A DNA stretch of 5,538 nt, from positions 1-5,538 of IMG/VR virus record IMGVR_UViG_3300045988_000806, one strand, 5' to 3'. The position numbers were made by a program, and so were the translations under genes. Shown in pieces: positions 1-3,818 of this stretch (its first letter is position 1; each line of letters begins with the position of its first letter). The notes under the pieces were generated by a model. That model was not told where the DNA came from and did no database searches. It was given only the letters and a program-made list of their open reading frames with translations. Origin of the DNA: a virus.

Positions 1-77
1 ATCCTGCGTCTTTGTTTCTGTTCACTGTTTTGCCTCCGTTTTTTCTGCCGGTTCAGGCGTTTTTGCTTCGGCTTGCT
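1..77. repeat. Terminal direct repeat, copy 1 (circular-contig overlap)
   Basis: Base-by-base comparison shows 1..77 is identical to 5462..5538. The repeat carries the VP3 stop, the VP1 start and the VP1 RBS, so the genes only join correctly if the molecule is circular. Confidence 0.95.
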
Positions 78-516
78 CTTCTTTGTAGATGCCCAGATTT
101 TTAGCCCATTCGACTGTGCCAAACGATGTGACAAATTTGTCGACGTCGTTGTCAAATTTATACTTTATTTCTTTTGGCACTTCATCCCAGATTTGTTCTG
201 CTCGGATCATGATATTCTGGAGTTCTGCCAGTGTTTTCGGTGCCTCGGTAAAGTCTTGGATACCGCCCCCGAGGTCTGGCGCAATTCGTTCTGCGATTTC
301 TGGGTCGATTGATGCTCTTCGGATAATGTTTTCGATTTTGGTTTCTTCGAGGTAGCTATCGATTTCGGCCTGCTGGTCAATGATTTGGTCGAGCTTCAGC
401 ACCCTTTCGCCTTCTTCGTTACGTTCCCAGAGATATGTTCGCCTTACGCCCTCTCCGGCCTCAGTTGGCCATGCCGCTGCTGTCTCTCGAAAGTTACTTA
501 CTGAGCGATACGCCAT
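22..516 (-). CDS. VP3: Internal scaffolding protein VP3 (164 aa from the preferred start; the ORF can extend to 582)
   Basis: The ORF track gives 22..582 (186 aa). The internal ATG at 514..516 is preceded by AAAGGAGAA with a spacer of about 8 nt, whereas the ATG at 580..582 has no SD. The protein is acidic and helical (..LDQIIDQQAEIDSYLEE.., acidic C-terminal tail), and its size and position immediately upstream of VP1 are typical of gokushovirus VP3. The TGA stop at 22..24 overlaps the VP1 GTG start (GTGA). Confidence 0.8.
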   Translation of the reverse strand: MAYRSVSNFRETAAAWPTEAGEGVRRTYLWERNEEGERVLKLDQIIDQQAEIDSYLEETKIENIIRRASIDPEIAERIAPDLGGGIQDFTEAPKTLAELQNIMIRAEQIWDEVPKEIKYKFDNDVDKFVTSFGTVEWAKNLGIYKEEQAEAKTPEPAEKTEAKQ

Positions 517-733
517 CGTAAATGTTCTCCTTTGCCCATTCGAAGTCGCCGTTCTTCTCATTGAACTTTGCCAGTCTGACAAGTCGGTAGTCGCTCGGCG
601 TCTTGCTCATAATGTTGTTTTCGTCCGTGAGCGCGATCTTAAAATTGCGCTCGGCGACCTTATCGTCTCGCTCGTTAAAGGTGGTGATGTAGCACATAGC
701 ACACTGGTCATAGATACCATACACGTTAATCAT
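494..733 (-). CDS. Small non-structural protein, gokushovirus VP5/ORF5-like (79 aa)
   Basis: The start MINVYGIYDQCAMCY.TTF...DDKVAERNF....D.NN.M...PSDY.L..LA.F.E.NG fits the YxIYDxxAxx(F/Y)...F....DxxAxRxF....PxD(F/Y)xLxxLGxFDxxxG pattern I recall for small conserved gokushovirus non-structural proteins. A GAGGAGG SD lies 9 nt upstream. The ATG (731..733) overlaps the TGA (730..732) of the preceding gene as ATGA. Confidence 0.65.
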   Translation of the reverse strand: MINVYGIYDQCAMCYITTFNERDDKVAERNFKIALTDENNIMSKTPSDYRLVRLAKFNEKNGDFEWAKENIYDGVSLSK

Positions 734-849
734 AATCTAATGCCTCCTCGCATTGCGCCGCTCCCAAGGTTGATAGCTTTGGTTTTTCGTGCGGTCTTGT
801 TGTAGATTTTTGCGTCTTTGGACTTGCGAACTTTACTCCTCTTTCCCAT
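730..849 (-). CDS. Small basic DNA-binding/packaging peptide, J-like (gokushovirus ORF8/VP8-like, 39 aa)
   Basis: This is the C-terminal part of the 730..978 ORF, starting at the internal ATG 847..849: MGKRSKVRKSKDAKIYNKTARKTKAINLGSGAMRGGIRL. It is very Lys/Arg-rich and ends in the MRGGIRL motif characteristic of gokushovirus ORF8 peptides. An AAGGG SD lies about 9 nt upstream. The N-terminal 43 codons of the 82-aa ORF lie wholly inside ORF 833..1060 in another frame and do not look protein-like. Confidence 0.7.
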   Translation of the reverse strand: MGKRSKVRKSKDAKIYNKTARKTKAINLGSGAMRGGIRL

Positions 850-1060
850 GGTTGATTTCCCTTCTGAGGATTTCCACCTCGATTTCGGTTGCTTTTGCTT
901 TTTTTTGGAATGCCATGTCAAGGTAAAATTTTGCGTCGTCGTACTTTGCGGCCTGTCGTAGCAGCTTGTATGCGGCATCGATTCCCTTGTAGGTTTGTGT
1001 CAATTCCTCCATAAGTTTCGTATCGGTCTGATCTCGGACGTTCCATACTTTTCCTTTCAT
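833..1060 (-). CDS. Hypothetical small protein (75 aa, helical, K/E-rich)
   Basis: The ATG at 1058..1060 has a GAGGAG SD 6 nt upstream, formed by the last codons of the preceding ORF. It lies on the same strand as all the other genes. I recognise no motif. Confidence 0.6.
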   Translation of the reverse strand: MKGKVWNVRDQTDTKLMEELTQTYKGIDAAYKLLRQAAKYDDAKFYLDMAFQKKAKATEIEVEILRREINHGKEE

Positions 1061-1063
1061 GGT

Positions 1064-1246
1064 TTACTCCTCGGGCTTGTTGTCCTTTAATGCGTGGTAA
1101 ATCGCGTCCAACTTTTCCAGAATCTCCATCATAATTTTGATGGCTTCCTTGATTTCTTTCATGCTAATGATTGCCATTTGTTCGCTCCATTTCTGCCTTT
1201 TGGCTTTTGTATTTGTAGACTTCTTCGATGATGGCTTTCGCCTCAT
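1064..1246 (-). CDS. Hypothetical small protein (60 aa; alternative 37-aa form starting at 1177)
   Basis: ORF track entry. The ATG at 1244..1246 has only a weak AAGAAG upstream. The internal ATG at 1175..1177 has GGAG (1185..1188) 7 nt upstream and yields MAIISMKEIKEAIKIMMEILEKLDAIYHALKDNKPEE, an amphipathic helix. The N-terminal 23 aa (MRRKPSSKKSTNTKAKRQKWSEQ) may be an out-of-frame reading of the 1164..1397 frame. Confidence 0.5.
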   Translation of the reverse strand: MRRKPSSKKSTNTKAKRQKWSEQMAIISMKEIKEAIKIMMEILEKLDAIYHALKDNKPEE

Positions 1247-1397
1247 CTACAGTATATGCTTCTTTGAGCTGCTTGTAAAGCTTTTTGATGATGTATTCAT
1301 ATTCATCATCTGTTTTTGGTTCTCTGTATTTTCTGGTTATCTCGTAGTATGCGCGGTTATCTATTTTTATCGCCTGCCTTTCTTTGATTGTATTATA
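1164..1397 (-). CDS. Candidate ORF with no canonical start codon (77 sense codons plus TAG)
   Basis: This is my own translation of the minus strand and is not in the ORF track: YNTIKERQAIKIDNRAYYEITRKYREPKTDDEYEYIIKKLYKQLKEAYTVDEAKAIIEEVYKYKSQKAEMERTNGNH*. The frame is open from the TAG at 1398..1400 to the TAG at 1164..1166. There is no ATG, GTG or TTG before codon 70. Its end overlaps the 1177 start of the next ORF by 14 nt, like other junctions in this genome. Confidence 0.3.
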   Translation of the reverse strand, partial: YNTIKERQAIKIDNRAYYEITRKYREPKTDDEYEYIIKKLYKQLKEAYTVDEAKAIIEEVYKYKSQKAEMERTNGNH

Positions 1398-1419
1398 CTA
1401 CATTTTTGAGATTTTTCAA
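1392..1419 (-). promoter_or_regulatory. Sigma70-like promoter reading into the small-ORF/VP3/VP1 gene block
   Basis: On the minus strand: TTGAAA (1419..1414), a 16-nt spacer, then a perfect TATAAT (1397..1392). It sits at the downstream edge of the long non-coding region, just before the first coding-like frame. Confidence 0.45.
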
Positions 1420-1440
1420 TTGTTTTTTTTCGGACTTTTT

Positions 1441-1520
1441 CTGAGAGGTCATGCGCTAGGCGCGGTGCGCCGTACGAAGAGCATGACGCAACTTTTTGGT
1501 TTCGCTTGCCGGACGGCCTT
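1441..1520. other. GC-rich structured island with nested hairpins
   Basis: I count 48 G/C in 80 nt within an otherwise AT-rich intergenic region. GTCATGC (1448..1454) pairs with GCATGAC (1481..1487). Inside that stem, GGCGC (1459..1463) pairs with GCGCC (1467..1471). Confidence 0.5.
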
Positions 1521-1527
1521 TATTTGC

Positions 1528-1630
1528 GTTTTCCACACTTTCAACACTTTCAACAGGTTTTCCACAAAATGTTGCACAAAGGTTTTTGTGCATATTGCTA
1601 CATTCTCAACAATTCAACAAGTTATCCACA
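1528..1630 (+). promoter_or_regulatory. Cluster of DnaA-box matches
   Basis: TTTTCCACA occurs at 1529..1537 and 1558..1566, both within the repeated 10-mer GTTTTCCACA. The perfect consensus TTATCCACA is at 1622..1630. A near match, TGTTGCACA, is at 1570..1578. All share one orientation and fit TTWTNCACA. Confidence 0.5.
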
Positions 1631-1704
1631 AAAGTATCAACATTAAAATTAGCCAAAAAATATCGTTCCAAGGATAAAAATTCATAGTATTCAACATTTC
1701 AACA
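1540..1704 (+). repeat. Seven co-oriented (T/C/A)TCAACA iteron-like repeats in three pairs plus one single copy
   Basis: TTCAACA is at 1540, 1549, 1613, 1690 and 1698. CTCAACA is at 1605 and ATCAACA at 1636. The pairs are spaced 8-9 nt apart; the first pair is a tandem 9-mer CACTTTCAA x2 (1536..1553). The 10-mer CAACAAGTTA recurs at 1615..1624 and 1724..1733. Confidence 0.7.
1573..1592. other. 8-bp hairpin overlapping the DnaA-box-like TGTTGCACA
   Basis: TGCACAAA (1573..1580) is the exact reverse complement of TTTGTGCA (1585..1592). The loop is GGTT. Confidence 0.55.
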
Positions 1705-1709
1705 CTCCC

Positions 1710-1724
1710 TACTACTACTACTAC
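1710..1724. repeat. (TAC)5 trinucleotide microsatellite
   Basis: Five perfect tandem TAC units can be read directly in a non-coding context. Confidence 0.9.
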
Positions 1725-1730
1725 AACAAG

Positions 1731-1755
1731 TTAATAATAAAAATAATAATATAAT
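1731..1755. other. 25-nt pure A/T tract (candidate DNA unwinding element)
   Basis: TTAATAATAAAAATAATAATATAAT contains no G or C. It lies between the iteron/DnaA-box array and the GC-rich block. Confidence 0.5.
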
Positions 1756-1796
1756 GCACGTGCGCGTGCGCGATCACGTGCGCGTGCGCGTGCATT
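1753..1796. repeat. GC-rich alternating purine/pyrimidine block: tandem 16-mer and imperfect palindrome
   Basis: CACGTGCGCGTGCGCG occurs at 1757..1772 and again at 1775..1790, separated by AT. Purine/pyrimidine alternation is perfect over 1754..1772 and 1775..1795. The arms 1753..1772 and 1777..1796 pair as 16 Watson-Crick plus 4 G.T pairs around an ATCA loop. Confidence 0.85.
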
Positions 1797-1824
1797 TAAC
1801 TGAGAATTTTTCTTATTTTTCACG

Positions 1825-1838
1825 TGATAACTGATAAC
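1825..1838. repeat. Tandem TGATAAC x2, abutting a third CACGTG
   Basis: TGATAAC occurs at 1825..1831 and 1832..1838. CACGTG at 1821..1826 is the third copy within 70 nt; the others are at 1757 and 1775. Confidence 0.8.
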
Positions 1839-1857
1839 CATTCGTGTTTAATAAAAT

Positions 1858-1897
1858 ACTCAGCCAAGTAGCTTACTTGATAGTTACTTGGCTGAGT
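1858..1897 (-). terminator. Hairpin 12 nt downstream of the Rep stop; candidate intrinsic terminator
   Basis: ACTCAGCCAAGTA (1858..1870) is the exact reverse complement of TACTTGGCTGAGT (1885..1897), giving a 13-bp stem. On the minus strand it is followed by ATTTTATT. A second 6-bp hairpin (TGACAC 1897..1902 / GTGTCA 1907..1912) covers the Rep stop codon. Confidence 0.5.
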
Positions 1898-1909
1898 GAC
1901 ACCAAAGTG

Positions 1910-2929
1910 TCAAAATATACCTTTGGCTTTGCTCATCTTCTTTGACATGGATGCTTCCTTGTCCTTTAGCTGTTCTGCGTATGACTTATCTGTTTCCGCG
2001 TTTCTTTCGATTAGGGACGCAATGGCTTTTTCTTGCCGATATTGTTTGATCCTCCACGCTTTTTCAGGGTTTTCCGCTTCCAGTTTTCTCCAGTAGTATT
2101 CTGGTATGGCCGCTCTCTTGCCGTTGGTAAGTTGTATGTATCCCTGCTGCCAGAGTCGCTCTTGATGGTCTTGAAACCATTGATCTCCGAGTCCCGGCTT
2201 TCGGCTCATTGTGCAAAATGGAGGTATTAAACCCATTTTTTGGTAACGCTTTTTGTCGTTGCCGTACAGTTTTTTGGTCACATATCCTGCAACATAATTA
2301 TATGTTTCCGGTGTTGCCTGTGCTATGTCTACAGTACCTTGTCCCCAGATTTTGACTAACTTATCGCTTGTATAATGACCGTGCCTTGACAATTTGTGGA
2401 TTGGTTTTAAGTCGTCCGGATGCCATCCGTATAGTATCATGTGATAGTGTGGTCTTGCCGTGTTTTCTCCATACTCTCCGGCTAGAAAGTACCTGAGAGG
2501 CTCTTTAACGGCTTTTCTGAGCCTTTTTATAAATAGCTGGGTATCTTCTACGTTCAGCGTTTGCGCTGTCCTTGGACGCTCTGAGACGCCTTTCCAGATA
2601 TTTATTCCGCCTTTATAGATTTCACCTGTTTCCGTGTCTTGCGTTGGTATATGATCATCGTCATAAGTTAGTGTGATAAACCAGATACTTTCTTTGTTGT
2701 GTCCGTATGCTTCCAGTTCCATTCGCGTTGACCAGTCTTTTCGTTTGCGCAGTCTGCACCCGGTGCATTGTCCGCATGGTATCAACATTACATCTTTTCG
2801 GTACATTAAATTTTCGTAAGTCATTTTGATCTTGTGTATCTCGTTAAAAGAGGCGAGTGAGTATACTCGCCCACTCGCCTCCCTGTTATGAGGTACATAA
2901 AACCGGATTAGTGGTTTATTGCATCCCAT
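1910..2929 (-). CDS. VP4: Replication initiation protein VP4 (HUH rolling-circle endonuclease, 339 aa)
   Basis: RCR motif I is FITLTY (2663..2680). Motif II (HUH) is HYHMILY (2429..2449). Motif III is YVAGYVTK with two Tyr (2273..2296). A Cys cluster, CGQCTGC, is at 2756..2776. The N-terminus MGCNKPL is typical of gokushovirus VP4. The ATG directly follows the VP2 TAA (TAAATG). Confidence 0.95.
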   Translation of the reverse strand: MGCNKPLIRFYVPHNREASGRVYSLASFNEIHKIKMTYENLMYRKDVMLIPCGQCTGCRLRKRKDWSTRMELEAYGHNKESIWFITLTYDDDHIPTQDTETGEIYKGGINIWKGVSERPRTAQTLNVEDTQLFIKRLRKAVKEPLRYFLAGEYGENTARPHYHMILYGWHPDDLKPIHKLSRHGHYTSDKLVKIWGQGTVDIAQATPETYNYVAGYVTKKLYGNDKKRYQKMGLIPPFCTMSRKPGLGDQWFQDHQERLWQQGYIQLTNGKRAAIPEYYWRKLEAENPEKAWRIKQYRQEKAIASLIERNAETDKSYAEQLKDKEASMSKKMSKAKGIF

Positions 2930-3772
2930 TTATTTAAGTTTTCCTTTCCAAAATTCGACGTTTTTGCTTCCTATGAAGTCTCTCCCCGGCTTGTATTCAA
3001 GCTCATTTTTGGTTGGCTTTCTTCCTGCTCCGCCGACTCCGGCGTTTAGGCTTGTTAGATCGTTGAAGACGTCCTTGAATGCGTTGAATGCTTTGTCAGC
3101 ACTTGTATGTTGCCAGCTTGTTGCATCTCCAACTGCTTGTGCTGCGTTGTACCATGCTGATTCTGACTTGCTCCATGTGTTGTTATGGTTTTGGCTCACG
3201 CCCAGAGCACTTGCGCTTGCTGCGCTGCTACTTGCTAACCCCATGCTTGCCCCGCTTATGGTGCCTTGTGCGCCTCCCGGTGTACTCGCTCCACCTTGCT
3301 GGTATGCTAAGATAGGGTTGATTCCCGCTTTTCGCATGTCGGCTACGGCTCTTTGATATGCTGTGTTACTCATTTGCTCTTGCCATGCTCTGTTTTTTGC
3401 GGCTTCGGCGCTGTTGTAGTTCATCGCTGCGTTGTTGCTTATCTGGTTATACACGCCTTGTGTGATCGCCGCCATGGTGTTATAGCCCATTTGCTCAAAC
3501 ATGCTTTTTCGGTTAAACTTTTGCTGACTCTGCATATTTGACTGTATTGCTCCAAGCATGCTATTCCAGTCTTGTAGATTTTGCTCTCTGTTTACGCCGC
3601 TTTGGCTGTTGCTTTGGCCTCCGCCTTGGCTATAGCTTTCGTTGTGCTGTTGGCTTCCTCCGCTGCTTTCGGTCATGCTTCCGCCAAGTAGTTTGTTTAA
3701 ACCCCAGCCTACAACTGTTGGTATTAACTGTTTTCCGATTCCTAGTAATGCGCTTCCAAGTCCTGCTAACAT
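2930..3772 (-). CDS. VP2: DNA pilot / minor capsid protein VP2 (280 aa)
   Basis: The N-terminus is hydrophobic and Gly-rich ([24 protein letters not shown]). A Gln/Ser/Gly-rich linker follows. The hallmark block [28 protein letters not shown] (3302..3385) is characteristic of gokushovirus VP2. Confidence 0.92.
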   Translation of the reverse strand: MLAGLGSALLGIGKQLIPTVVGWGLNKLLGGSMTESSGGSQQHNESYSQGGGQSNSQSGVNREQNLQDWNSMLGAIQSNMQSQQKFNRKSMFEQMGYNTMAAITQGVYNQISNNAAMNYNSAEAAKNRAWQEQMSNTAYQRAVADMRKAGINPILAYQQGGASTPGGAQGTISGASMGLASSSAASASALGVSQNHNNTWSKSESAWYNAAQAVGDATSWQHTSADKAFNAFKDVFNDLTSLNAGVGGAGRKPTKNELEYKPGRDFIGSKNVEFWKGKLK

Positions 3773-3780
3773 AAATAAAT

Positions 3781-3805
3781 AAGCCCGGGGTTTTGCCCCG
3801 GGCTT
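3781..3805 (-). terminator. GC-rich hairpin between VP1 and VP2 (candidate leaky intrinsic terminator or attenuator)
   Basis: AAGCCCGGGG (3781..3790) pairs perfectly with CCCCGGGCTT (3796..3805), giving a 10-bp stem and a 5-nt loop. On the coding strand it is followed by ATTTATTT and then the VP2 ATG. Confidence 0.5.
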
Positions 3806-3818
3806 CCCCCTTTCGTTT

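Noticed and set aside
22-582. VP3 starting at the first ATG (580..582, 186 aa)
   Set aside because: It has no SD, it would overlap the VP5-like gene by 89 nt, and the extra 22 residues (MSDWQSSMRRTATSNGQRRTFT) are not protein-like. The ATG at 516 has AAAGGAG upstream. The longer form cannot be fully excluded without homologues.
730-978. Full 82-aa version of the ORF containing the J-like peptide
   Set aside because: The first 43 codons lie entirely inside ORF 833..1060 in another frame and are not protein-like. The internal ATG at 849 has an SD and yields a peptide of canonical ORF8 size.
1398-1400. Genome-wide TAG stop-codon recoding
   Set aside because: The candidate ORF itself ends in TAG (1164..1166). 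Reading through that codon gives a non-protein-like extension. The other genes end in TAA or TGA and need no recoding, and a genome of about 5.5 kb has no room for a suppressor tRNA.
1441-1520. Possible tRNA or small RNA gene in the GC-rich island
   Set aside because: There are no T-loop (GGTTCRANYC) or D-loop consensus elements and no cloverleaf on either strand. Only simple nested hairpins are present.
1384-1687. Plus-strand ORFs 1384..1677 (97 aa) and 1496..1687 (63 aa) in the intergenic region
   Set aside because: They run through the iteron/DnaA-box repeats, so the FNTFN-type repetition in the translation is a repeat artefact. They lie on the non-coding strand, have no SD, and their composition is not protein-like.
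1536-1704. Possible CRISPR array or mobile-element terminal repeats
   Set aside because: The repeats are only 7-10 nt long, irregularly spaced and co-oriented. No 25-40 nt repeat/spacer periodicity is present, and no transposase or inverted terminal repeats are present.
1750-1755. Plus-strand TATAAT as a promoter driving antisense transcription into Rep
   Set aside because: No acceptable -35 hexamer lies 16-18 nt upstream (CAAGTT or ACAAGT). The hexamer is simply part of the pure A/T tract.
1745-1815. XerC/XerD dif-like integration site around the GC block (for example GTTAAAT on the minus strand at 1794..1800)
   Set aside because: Only about 6 of 11 and 7 of 11 positions match the E. coli dif arms in the best registers I could find by eye, and there is no proper 6-nt central spacing. 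This is kept only as something to check by search, given that some gokushoviruses integrate at dif.
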